DNA from: an uncultured Pseudomonadales bacterium | GTDB lineage: Bacteria > Patescibacteriota > Microgenomatia > UBA1400 > Chazhemtobacteraceae | Length of the DNA stretch: 64,000 nt | NCBI GenBank assembly: GCA_964422035.1 | Contig: CAYQZQ010000002.1 | Coordinates: 1,612 to 65,611 of the forward strand | Direction: 5' to 3' | In this document: positions 18,964 through 27,395 of the stretch, in pieces | How the letters are laid out: every line of letters starts with the position of its first letter | How positions within the stretch are numbered: position 1 is the stretch's first letter | Program-made: the position numbers and the translations under genes | Notes under the pieces: generated by a model | Database searches by the model: none | What the model was told of the DNA's origin: nothing | What the model saw: only the letters and a program-made list of their open reading frames with translations

Positions 18964-19413
18964 ATGCGTTGTCCATATTGTGGTCATGAAGAAAGTGGGG
19001 TAATAGAGAGCAGACCTACGGGTGGTGGTGAGGCAATTAGGCGCCGCAGAGAGTGTGAAGATTGTAATAAACGATTTACCACTTATGAGAGAGTGGGGAA
19101 TATTGATTTGGAGGTTAAAAAAAGAAATGGTGGTCAAGAAGAGTTTGATAGAGCAAAACTGGAGAAAGGGATTGTCAAAGCTTGTTGGAAGAGGGGCGTA
19201 GATGAGGAGCAAATTGAAGAGTTGGTTGATGAGATTGAGATGGGATTGCTGAACAAAAGATCTACGGTGGTGGAAAGTACTGATATAGGGAAAATGGTTT
19301 TGGAAAGATTAAAGGAGATAGATGGTGTAGCCTATTTGAGGTTTGCTAGTGTGTATCTGGATTTTGAAAATCTTGATGACTTTAAGGAAGTGATCAAAAA
19401 AGTGAACGATTGA
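18964..19413 (+). CDS. nrdR: Transcriptional repressor NrdR
   Basis: MRCPYC, IRRRREC..C..RFTTYE zinc ribbon, ATP cone, VAYLRFASVY. Confidence 0.97.
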   Translation: MRCPYCGHEESGVIESRPTGGGEAIRRRRECEDCNKRFTTYERVGNIDLEVKKRNGGQEEFDRAKLEKGIVKACWKRGVDEEQIEELVDEIEMGLLNKRSTVVESTDIGKMVLERLKEIDGVAYLRFASVYLDFENLDDFKEVIKKVND

Positions 19414-19434
19414 ATTAAAAATTAATTAAAAATA

Positions 19435-21957
19435 ATGTCTGTATCTGCAACTGTATATAAAAAAACTGAGGAAAATAATAATGATAACTCTGGTCTAGAT
19501 AATATGGTTAAAGAGCTAAAAGAGATGTCAAGTAGTGATAGCAGGCAAGAAGCTAGAGATAAATATAACGAGATCATAAAAGAAATTAAAGAAAAGATTG
19601 GTGAAATGCCTAAGATGCCCTCTGGTTTACCAAAAGGGAAATGGACAAAGCAAGCAATAAAAGTTTTAAAAGAGAGGTATTTGGATAGAGATAAGAATGG
19701 TGAAGTTATAGAGACTCCCGAGGAGATGATATGGAGAGTTTCTTGGGAGATTGCTAGTGCAGAAGCAAGGTGGGGAGCTGATAGAGATCAAGTTTTAAAA
19801 CAAGCCAAAACCTTTTTCAAATTATTAGTTTCGCGAAATTTTTTACCTAATTCGCCGACTTTGATGAATGCCGGTAAGGGGAACAATCTGCAGTACTCTG
19901 CGTGTTTTGTTCTTCCAGTTGAGGATAGCTTGGAGGGAATATTTGATGCTATTAAGTGGCAAGGATTAATTCATCAATCAGGTGGAGGAACAGGTTTTAG
20001 TTTTTCGAGATTGCGTTCGCAGGGTAGTTTGGTAAGTAGTTCTCGCGGGGTTGCTTCTGGTCCGGTATCATTTATGAAGATCTTTGATTCGGCAACACAG
20101 CAAGTTAAGCAGGGAGGAACAAGAAGAGGGGCTAATATGGGTATGTTGAGAATTGATCATCCAGATATCAGAGAGTTTATTACCTGCAAACTTGAAGGTG
20201 GAATTACAAATTTTAATATTTCTGTTTTGGCAACTGATGAGTTTATGAAGGCTTTGGATAGTGATGAAGAATATGATTTGATTGATCCAAGTACAGAAAA
20301 GCCGGTTGGGAAAGAGAAGGCAAGAGAAGTTTTTGAAGAAATTTGTCAGGCAGCTTGGCAGTCGGGTGATCCGGGAATGGTATTTGTGGATAAAATAAAT
20401 GATGGTTCTGCTAATCCGGTACCAGCTTTGGGTCCTGTGGAAAGCACGAATCCTTGTGGTGAGCAACCGTTATATCCTTTTGATGCTTGTAATTTGGGGA
20501 GTATATTTTTGAGATACTATGTTAAGGATGATGATGGAGAATCTAAAGTTGATTGGGATAAGTTAAAAGAAAGTGTTCATACTTCAGTTAGATTTTTAGA
20601 TAATGTTATTGAAGTAAATCCCTATCCTTTACCTCAGATTTGGAAAACTGTGCGAGGTTTGAGAAGAATTGGATTGGGGATTGGTGGTTGGTCTGATATG
20701 TTGTTTAAATTAGGCATTACCTATGATTCACAAGAAGCTTTTGAGTTAGCAGAGAAAATAATGGAGTTTATTCGTGATGAGGGTCACAAAGCGAGTAATA
20801 AGTTAGCAGAGGAGAGAGGAAGTTTTCCTTTGTGGGAGCAAAGTATATACGTGGATGAGAAGCCAATGAGGAATGCAACAGTGACAACTATTGCACCTAC
20901 AGGGACGATATCGATTATTGCAAATAATAGTAGTGGAGTAGAGCCGATATTTGCTTTAGCTTATATACACCATGTTAAGGATGAGCACCTAGATAGGAAG
21001 TTGACTTTTGTGAACCCCGTGTTTGAAGAGATAGCGAAAAAAGAGGGTTTTTGGAGTGATGATTTGAAGAAAAAAGTAGCTAAAACAGGAACTGTTAAGG
21101 ATATTGATGAAGTGCCTGAAAAATGGCAGGAGATTTTTATGACAAGTCATCAGATAAAACCAGATAGTCACGTAAAAATGCAGGCTGCCTGGCAGAAATA
21201 TACTGATAATGCGGTGAGTAAAACAATAAACTTGCCATTTGAGGCAGAAGTTGAAGATGTAGCCAAGGCATATCTTAAGGCGTATAGATTGGGATGTATG
21301 GGAATAACGGTATATCGTGATGGAAGTAAAGACCAACAAGTATTGAATGTGGGAAGTGAAGATGAAGAAAAGTCTGTAGAGGTTAAAAAATCAGGTATTA
21401 AGGATCAAGTGGCAGAGTTAAGAAGAAGACCCGAGAAGCTAGAGGGAAGCACATATAAGGTGAGAACACCAATTGGAAATGCCTATGTTTCGATTAATAG
21501 TGATGAGATGGGTAATCCATTTGAGGTGTTTATTACAGTAGGGAAGGCTGGTACCGATGTAATGGCGGATGCTGAAGCAATTGGCAGACTAGTGTCGTTG
21601 TCTTTGCGAATTCCAACTGAGCTGCCGGCGGAAACTATTGCTGAGCAGGTAGTAGAACAACTGGCTGGAATTGGAGGGTCGGGTTCGGTGGGATTTGGAA
21701 ACGGTAAAGTAAGATCGCTGGCAGATGGGGTGGCAAAGGCCTTAAGAGAGCATTTGGATGGAAAGAAGGTAAGTAAAGGAAATGGAGTTGAGGTTGAAAT
21801 TAAGCAGTCTGAGAGAGAGATGGAGATGATTGGGCAGCAAGCAGCACTGCCACTTACCAAGAAAAGACATGATATTTGTCCAGAATGTGGTCAAGCAAGT
21901 CTGGTATTAGAAGAAGGGTGCTCCAAGTGTTATGTTTGCGGGCATAGTAAATGCTGA
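19435..21957 (+). CDS. nrdJ: Adenosylcobalamin-dependent (class II) ribonucleotide reductase
   Basis: PNSPTLMNAG, SACF, QGGTRRGANM, TNPCGEQ, TIAPTGT, C-terminal TSCPD-like domain and CPECG..C..C ribbon; no nrdB adjacent, followed by btuR. Confidence 0.93.
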   Translation: MSVSATVYKKTEENNNDNSGLDNMVKELKEMSSSDSRQEARDKYNEIIKEIKEKIGEMPKMPSGLPKGKWTKQAIKVLKERYLDRDKNGEVIETPEEMIWRVSWEIASAEARWGADRDQVLKQAKTFFKLLVSRNFLPNSPTLMNAGKGNNLQYSACFVLPVEDSLEGIFDAIKWQGLIHQSGGGTGFSFSRLRSQGSLVSSSRGVASGPVSFMKIFDSATQQVKQGGTRRGANMGMLRIDHPDIREFITCKLEGGITNFNISVLATDEFMKALDSDEEYDLIDPSTEKPVGKEKAREVFEEICQAAWQSGDPGMVFVDKINDGSANPVPALGPVESTNPCGEQPLYPFDACNLGSIFLRYYVKDDDGESKVDWDKLKESVHTSVRFLDNVIEVNPYPLPQIWKTVRGLRRIGLGIGGWSDMLFKLGITYDSQEAFELAEKIMEFIRDEGHKASNKLAEERGSFPLWEQSIYVDEKPMRNATVTTIAPTGTISIIANNSSGVEPIFALAYIHHVKDEHLDRKLTFVNPVFEEIAKKEGFWSDDLKKKVAKTGTVKDIDEVPEKWQEIFMTSHQIKPDSHVKMQAAWQKYTDNAVSKTINLPFEAEVEDVAKAYLKAYRLGCMGITVYRDGSKDQQVLNVGSEDEEKSVEVKKSGIKDQVAELRRRPEKLEGSTYKVRTPIGNAYVSINSDEMGNPFEVFITVGKAGTDVMADAEAIGRLVSLSLRIPTELPAETIAEQVVEQLAGIGGSGSVGFGNGKVRSLADGVAKALREHLDGKKVSKGNGVEVEIKQSEREMEMIGQQAALPLTKKRHDICPECGQASLVLEEGCSKCYVCGHSKC

Positions 21958-22487
21958 AGATGAAAAATAAAAAGGGATTGGTTTACGTTTTTACTGGAGA
22001 GGGAAAAGGGAAAACTAGCGTTGCAATGTGGACAGCAATTAGAGCAGCTGCTTGGGATAAGAGTGTATTGGTGATTGCTTGGTATAAAGAGAAAAAGTGG
22101 CCTACGGCGATGCAAAAGGTAAATAAAAAATTTAATAATCTTGAAATTAAAGTGGTTGGTAAGGGGTTTTATAAATTGCCAACTGATCATGCGACTGAGG
22201 ATGAACACAAAAAATCGGCAGTTGAGGGATTGAGAGAAGTTGTAAATAGTTTGGGTAAAATGGATGTTTTAGTTTTAGATGAGGTGATTAATGCTGTTGA
22301 TGACGGATTGATTGATAAAGAAGAGTTACTTGATGTTTTGGAAAAAAGAGGTGAAACCCATGTTGTATTGACGGGTAGGGGAGTTTTTGAAGAACTGGAG
22401 AAAGAGGCAGATTTGATAACGGAGATGAGAAAAGTTAAGCACCCTTTTGATAGGGGTATTAAAGCTGTAAAAGGGTTGGATTTTTAA
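21951..22487 (+). CDS. btuR: ATP:cob(I)alamin adenosyltransferase (BtuR/CobO/CobA)
   Basis: VFTGEGKGKTS P-loop, VLDEV, VLTGR, ADLITEM.KVKHPFD.G..A.KGLDF. Confidence 0.92.
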   Translation: MLKMKNKKGLVYVFTGEGKGKTSVAMWTAIRAAAWDKSVLVIAWYKEKKWPTAMQKVNKKFNNLEIKVVGKGFYKLPTDHATEDEHKKSAVEGLREVVNSLGKMDVLVLDEVINAVDDGLIDKEELLDVLEKRGETHVVLTGRGVFEELEKEADLITEMRKVKHPFDRGIKAVKGLDF

Positions 22488-22520
22488 AGCAAGATAGGTT
22501 TGGCGTGATATATTAAGTAT

Positions 22521-22877
22521 ATGGCAAGAAAAGAGATTGAGAAAAGAAAACAGTCATCAGAAGATCAGGCACGTGAGCAAGTAGAGAGCTATATTGAGAA
22601 AGTTGAAAAAAGACCTGAAATTGATGAGGGGGATCAAACAGGGATGAAAAAAGGTGCTGATGATGTACAGATGCCCAAGCAGATAATAGACGAGGATAAT
22701 CAGATAGTTGCGGAATCTGTTGTAGAAGAACCAAAGATTGACCTACCATTGACTGAAGAAGAGGTAAGTGAGGGTTTGCATCACAAGATTGCGGATAGTG
22801 TGAAGTGGTTATCAGAGTGGTGTGTTTATGTTATTAAAAAATATCCTGGAAGGGTTTTTTACAAAGAAGATAAATAG
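22521..22877 (+). CDS. Hypothetical acidic protein preceding the VirD4-like ATPase
   Basis: 118-aa ORF with -10 box TATATT (22508-22513); abuts the next gene. Confidence 0.75.
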   Translation: MARKEIEKRKQSSEDQAREQVESYIEKVEKRPEIDEGDQTGMKKGADDVQMPKQIIDEDNQIVAESVVEEPKIDLPLTEEEVSEGLHHKIADSVKWLSEWCVYVIKKYPGRVFYKEDK

Positions 22878-25208
22878 ATGGAAAATATAGCACAGTTATC
22901 CAGCTTAATTCAATGGGTGTTCGGGGCGGTACTTGTGTTGGGGGTATTTGTTTTGATAGTGGTGGGTTTGGGAATTTTGGTAATGCAGTGGATACGATAC
23001 AGGAACAGAGAAGAGGTGAGTTTAAATTTTGTGGTTATGGAGATTGAGGTACCTAGAGATAATGAGGTCAAGATCGATGCAGCAGAGCAGATGTTCTCTT
23101 CTTTATATTCAATTAAAAAGGGAGGATTTTGGCAGAAATTTAAGGCTCAACAGCATTTAAGCTTTGAGATCGTTGCCAAGAAGGAGGAGATAAGGTTTTA
23201 TGTTGCTTGCCATGAGGACTTGGCTTCTCTAATTGATAAACAAGTATCAGCTGTATATCCAGGAGCACAGGTTAAAAGAGTAGAAGAGCCAAATATTTTT
23301 AATGAAGAAGGTAAGGTTGAGTTTGCCCAGTTACAGTTATCTGAGAAGAGCTTTTATCCAATTAAGACTTATCAAGATTTAGCAACAGATCCGTTAAGTT
23401 CAATTACTTCCAGTTTGGCTGAATTAGAAGAAAATGAAGCTGCTGCTATTCAAGTGATTGTTACGCCAGCAGATAGTGACTGGAGCTCCAGCGGAGAAAA
23501 GTTTTTATCTGAAAGAAAGAGAGCGGAATCGGATCCGGAGAAGGCAGATTTTAAAATGAGTCCGGAGGATATGAAGTCTATTGATGAAAAGACGGATAAG
23601 CCTGGATTTTTAACTACGATAAGACTTGTGAGTATGGCAGAGAATAAATCTCAAGCAAAGGCTAATTTAAAAAATATGCAACGCTCTTTTGCTCAGTTTA
23701 GCTCTGATCAAAATAGATTTACTAAAAAGAAGATTTTTTTAAAAAGATCTTTTGTAATTGATTTTATATATCGCTATCAACCACTTTTTGGAGAAAATAG
23801 TTTACTGAACACTGAGGAGTTAGCCAGTGTTTGGCATATGCCTAACAAGACTGTTGAGACCCCTCATATTAAATGGTTGCCGGCTAAGATGGCTCCGGCT
23901 ACAGGAGGAATTCCAAATGAAGGATTGTATTTAGGAAAAAGTATATACAGGGGGCAGAAGAGAAAAATATATTTGTCTGACGAGGATAGGATGAAGCACA
24001 TGTATGTTTTAGGCAGAACAGGTACAGGTAAGACAGAGTTTCTTAAAAGTTTAATAATTCAAGATATGAGAGAAGGGAAAGGCATGTGCTTTTTGGAACC
24101 ACATGGTGAAGGTATTGAGGAGTTGTTGGAGTTAGTACCTCCAGAAAGGGCAGAAGATGTAATAGTTTTTGATCCGTCAGATACAGAGAGGCCAATGGGT
24201 TTTAATTTGCTGGAGGTAAATAATCCTGAAGAGATGCACTTTGTGGCTTCTTCGGTAATTAATTTAATGTATAAATTGTATGATCCTCACAAAACAGGGA
24301 TTATTGGTCCTCGGTTTGAACACGCGATAAGAAATGCCATGCTGACAGCCAGTGTTATTGAAGGGGCAACTTTTATTGAAGTAGTGAGAATATTGCAGAA
24401 TCAAGAATTTGTAAAAGAGTTGTTGCCTCGAATTGAAGATCCGATTGTGAAAAGCTATTGGACTGAACAGATTGCTCAAACAAGTGATTTCCATAAGAGT
24501 GAAGTTTTGGACTATATTGTCAGCAAGTTTGGTAGATTTATTACCAACAAGGTGATGCGCAACATTATTGGGCAAAGTGAAAGTGCTTTTAGTTTTAGGA
24601 AGGCAATGGATGATGGAAAGATTCTGTTTTTGAAGTTAGCCAAGGGGTTATTAGGAGAAGAAGATGCGAATTTTTTAGGATTGGTATTGGTACCAAAAAT
24701 TTTAGCAGCTGCTTTGTCCAGGCAGGATGTTCCCAAAGAAGAAAGAAAACCGTTTTACTTCTATGTTGATGAGTTTCAGAACTTTGCGACACCAGATTTT
24801 GCCCAGATTTTATCAGAGGCTAGAAAATACAGGTTAAGTCTGGCGGTAGCTAATCAGTTCGTAGGTCAGATTGATGAGGAGGTAAAGAATGCAATTTTTG
24901 GAAATGTAGGAAGTATGGTGGTGTTTAGAATGGGAGTTAGTGATGCTAATATCATGGAGCAGGAGTTTCAACCTGTGTTTAATCAGTCTGATTTGACTAA
25001 TATTCCGGCTCAGACAACGTATGTGAAGACCATAGTGCATGGAACGCCCGTTCCTCCGTTTTCGATGGATGTTTGGAGAGATCTAGAGGCTGAGAAGGAG
25101 CAGGGTAGTAAAAAGGTGGCTGAGATGGTGAAGGAGCTTTCGAGGTTGAAATATGGGCGAGATAGGGAAGAAGTTGAGAGAGAGATCAGAAGACGGGGTC
25201 AAATGTAA
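22878..25208 (+). CDS. VirD4/TraG-like (HerA/FtsK superfamily) membrane ATPase
   Basis: N-terminal TM, HMYVLGRTGTGKT Walker A, FYVDEFQNF Walker B, SEARKY, ANQF..Q. Confidence 0.88.
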   Translation: MENIAQLSSLIQWVFGAVLVLGVFVLIVVGLGILVMQWIRYRNREEVSLNFVVMEIEVPRDNEVKIDAAEQMFSSLYSIKKGGFWQKFKAQQHLSFEIVAKKEEIRFYVACHEDLASLIDKQVSAVYPGAQVKRVEEPNIFNEEGKVEFAQLQLSEKSFYPIKTYQDLATDPLSSITSSLAELEENEAAAIQVIVTPADSDWSSSGEKFLSERKRAESDPEKADFKMSPEDMKSIDEKTDKPGFLTTIRLVSMAENKSQAKANLKNMQRSFAQFSSDQNRFTKKKIFLKRSFVIDFIYRYQPLFGENSLLNTEELASVWHMPNKTVETPHIKWLPAKMAPATGGIPNEGLYLGKSIYRGQKRKIYLSDEDRMKHMYVLGRTGTGKTEFLKSLIIQDMREGKGMCFLEPHGEGIEELLELVPPERAEDVIVFDPSDTERPMGFNLLEVNNPEEMHFVASSVINLMYKLYDPHKTGIIGPRFEHAIRNAMLTASVIEGATFIEVVRILQNQEFVKELLPRIEDPIVKSYWTEQIAQTSDFHKSEVLDYIVSKFGRFITNKVMRNIIGQSESAFSFRKAMDDGKILFLKLAKGLLGEEDANFLGLVLVPKILAAALSRQDVPKEERKPFYFYVDEFQNFATPDFAQILSEARKYRLSLAVANQFVGQIDEEVKNAIFGNVGSMVVFRMGVSDANIMEQEFQPVFNQSDLTNIPAQTTYVKTIVHGTPVPPFSMDVWRDLEAEKEQGSKKVAEMVKELSRLKYGRDREEVEREIRRRGQM

Positions 25209-25262
25209 TTGGGACTTTAGGCTGAAATTTGGTGAATATCAGGTATAATATTGATAGTTATT

Positions 25263-25334
25263 GGGCGGCTAGCTCAATGGTAGAGCGGTTGTCTTATATG
25301 CAACTGGTTCCAGGTTCGAATCCTGGGTCGCCCA
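25263..25334 (+). tRNA. tRNA-Ile (anticodon UAU)
   Basis: GGGCGGC/GTCGCCC-A acceptor; D arm GCTC/GAGC; anticodon arm GTTGT-CT TAT AT-GCAAC (TAT 25295-25297); T arm CCAGG TTCGAAT CCTGG; CCA not encoded; TATAAT at 25244-25249. Confidence 0.93.
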
Positions 25335-25378
25335 CTTAATAGTCATGAGAATAATGATTGAGTTTTTAGATTGAGAAA

Positions 25379-25738
25379 ATGAATAAAAAAAAAGATAAGA
25401 AAAAAACAGACCGAGTTTTATCAGGTAAGAATTCTCCTCTAGCGGGGGAGTTGTTCGTTGATTTAGATGATAAAGGGGGGAAAGAGGATGTGATGATGAG
25501 TGGGGAGCTTGATATTGGTAAAAAGGGGAATCCGGTAACGATTATTATTAGAGATGAGAAGGAAGGCTCAGAGATTGAGTTTAATAATGTTAATCAAGCA
25601 TGGTTAATGTTAGAGGAGAAAAGAAAATCTTCGACTGGATGGTTGTCTCTAATTATTGGAGATGTGGGGAAAATAGTCGATGTCTTAAGGTTTGTTGCCA
25701 AAGCAACAGTTGAGGAATTAAAACAGTTGGTATCCTAA
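25379..25738 (+). CDS. Hypothetical protein
   Basis: 119-aa ORF with plus-strand codon style; no motif recognised. Confidence 0.6.
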   Translation: MNKKKDKKKTDRVLSGKNSPLAGELFVDLDDKGGKEDVMMSGELDIGKKGNPVTIIIRDEKEGSEIEFNNVNQAWLMLEEKRKSSTGWLSLIIGDVGKIVDVLRFVAKATVEELKQLVS

Positions 25739-25746
25739 ATTGGAGT

Positions 25747-26622
25747 TTAAAGCTCTTTGAGTTGGGGTTTGTCTTGTTCGTCTTGGTCAATATCGATGTA
25801 TTTAAGGTAGCGTTCTGTGGTAGAAAGACGTTTATGGCCGACGATTTTAGAGACATAAACTAGGGGAGTGCCGCTTTTAAGTTGTTGGGCTATGAATGTG
25901 TGGCGTAGATCATTTACTTTTGCATCTTCAATGCCGGCAATACGGAAATAACGATCGATTGAGCTTCTGATGTTTCTGACAAGAAATTGATTGCCAGTTT
26001 TTGTTAAGAATACATGTTGATCATCACTTTTTGGTCGTACTTCTAGATATTCTCTTATAGCTTCTTTGGCTGGTTGGGTTAAAGGAACAGTGCGGCCCTC
26101 ATGTGATTCATAAGCCCTAATGGTAATTTTGTTGTTTTTTAAATTAAGGTCGTCTAGTTTAAGACTGGCAAGTTCTCCGATGCGAATACCGGCTTGAAGT
26201 AGGAGTTCTATAATTGCGCTGAGGCGTTTGTCGTCTCGGCATGCGTCACGAAGAGCTCTGTATTCAAGCTTGGAAAGAATGCGAGGGGGTTTCAGTTCGT
26301 ATTTGGGGTGACTTACGTCAGAAGCAGGATTTTTATCTAAAATATCTTTTGAGTTTAAAAAACGGAAAAATGATTTTATAGAATTGACTTTACGTGAAAT
26401 TGATTTAGCGGTGTAGTCTTGTTTGTTAAGTTCTTCTTTGAAACTGTCGATGTCTTGAGTACTGATTTCTTCAAGTTTGGTTTTGTCTTTATTAGTAACA
26501 AATTCCAGAAGTTGTTCAACGTCTTTGGTGTAGGCGAGTATAGTGGCAGTAGCTCGGCCTTTTTCTTCAAGGTGATTTTCGAAATCTTTATGATACTGGT
26601 TAAAAGGATTTGATTGATCCAT
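25747..26622 (-). CDS. Tyrosine recombinase, XerC/XerD-like
   Basis: N-terminal SAM-like domain (SISRKVNSIKSFF), GIRIGEL, NDLRHTF, VGHKRLSTTERY. Confidence 0.9.
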   Translation of the reverse strand: MDQSNPFNQYHKDFENHLEEKGRATATILAYTKDVEQLLEFVTNKDKTKLEEISTQDIDSFKEELNKQDYTAKSISRKVNSIKSFFRFLNSKDILDKNPASDVSHPKYELKPPRILSKLEYRALRDACRDDKRLSAIIELLLQAGIRIGELASLKLDDLNLKNNKITIRAYESHEGRTVPLTQPAKEAIREYLEVRPKSDDQHVFLTKTGNQFLVRNIRSSIDRYFRIAGIEDAKVNDLRHTFIAQQLKSGTPLVYVSKIVGHKRLSTTERYLKYIDIDQDEQDKPQLKEL

Positions 26623-26676
26623 GAGGTTTTTTTAAATGCTTAATAATTGTCTGTTAAATTCAGATTATCGGATATA

Positions 26677-26705
26677 ATAATATCATGATGTTATGGGGGT
26701 GTCAA
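26677..26705 (-). promoter_or_regulatory. Sigma70-type promoter of the Xer-like gene
   Basis: Minus strand TTGACA (26705-26700), 17-bp spacer, TG-A-TATTAT (26682-26677). Confidence 0.7.
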
Positions 26706-26736
26706 GCTGAGATAATAAATTTGATAGGCTTAATAT

Positions 26737-27096
26737 ATGGATAGTAAATGGCAGATAAAAATTTTTAAAATTGTTGGTTTGGTGCTTGGTGTGGGCATGG
26801 TAATTAGTTTAGGGAGAGGGTTGTGGCAGTTATATCAGGCTAGGGGAAGGTTAGAGAAAGCTAAAGAGAGCTATCTTGAGGTTGAAGATGAAAATCTTAA
26901 GTTAGAGAAAAGGATGGTGGAGGTAAAAAGTGATGGGTTTGTGGAAACTCAGGCACGAAACAAGCTTAACATGAAACTATCGGAAGAAACTATTTTGGTC
27001 GTGCCTGAAGATTTCAAGCTTGAAACTATTGAAAGTCTGGATAATGGTGAAAGTGAGAGAGCCAATTGGAAGAAGTGGTGGGAGTTGTTTAAATAA
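26737..27096 (+). CDS. Septum formation initiator (FtsB/DivIC family)
   Basis: TM helix, coiled coil, VETQARNKLNM..SEE. Confidence 0.8.
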   Translation: MDSKWQIKIFKIVGLVLGVGMVISLGRGLWQLYQARGRLEKAKESYLEVEDENLKLEKRMVEVKSDGFVETQARNKLNMKLSEETILVVPEDFKLETIESLDNGESERANWKKWWELFK

Positions 27097-27097
27097 A

Positions 27098-27122
27098 AAA
27101 CCACTCCTTTGTGGAATGGTTT
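27098..27122. terminator. Probable intrinsic terminator between the ftsB-like gene and the minus-strand tRNA
   Basis: AAACCACTCC-TTTGT-GGAATGGTTT imperfect hairpin; the A-run at 27095-27100 gives a U-tract on the minus strand. Confidence 0.55.
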
Positions 27123-27124
27123 AG

Positions 27125-27200
27125 TGGTTGCGGGCCCAGGGAATTGAACCCTGGTTAAGTGAGATTATGAGCCTCACGAGATACCTACCTCCCGCCCGCA
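27125..27200 (-). tRNA. tRNA-CAU, atypical initiator-like tRNA-Met
   Basis: Minus strand TGCGGGC-GG-GAGGTAGGTATCTC-G-TGAGG CTCATAA TCTCA-CTTAA-CCAGGG TTCAATT CCCTGG-GCCCGCA-ACCA; CCA encoded. Confidence 0.85.
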
Positions 27201-27291
27201 TGTTAATGTCTTGCAACAAGTATAATCTTACCACGAGGCTGGATTGAGCTCAAGTTATTAGATAGATGGTAAAATAGTAGTGTGATTTTCT

Positions 27292-27365
27292 GGCAGGGTA
27301 GCTCAGTTGGTTAGAGCGAAGGAATCATAAACCTTAGGTCGGGAGTTCGAATCTCCCCCCTGCCA
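27292..27365 (+). tRNA. tRNA-Met (CAU), elongator type
   Basis: GGCAGGG/CCCTGCC-A; TAGCTCAGTTGGTTAGAGC; AAGGA ATCATAA ACCTT (CAT 27326-27328); GGGAG TTCGAAT CTCCC. Confidence 0.92.
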
Positions 27366-27395
27366 CACAATAAAAGTTATAAAAATTAAAAAAAT

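Noticed and set aside
25263-27100. Integrated element (tRNA plus tyrosine recombinase)
   Set aside because: No duplicated tRNA 3' end seen, no cargo or phage genes, housekeeping neighbours; the enzyme looks Xer-like.
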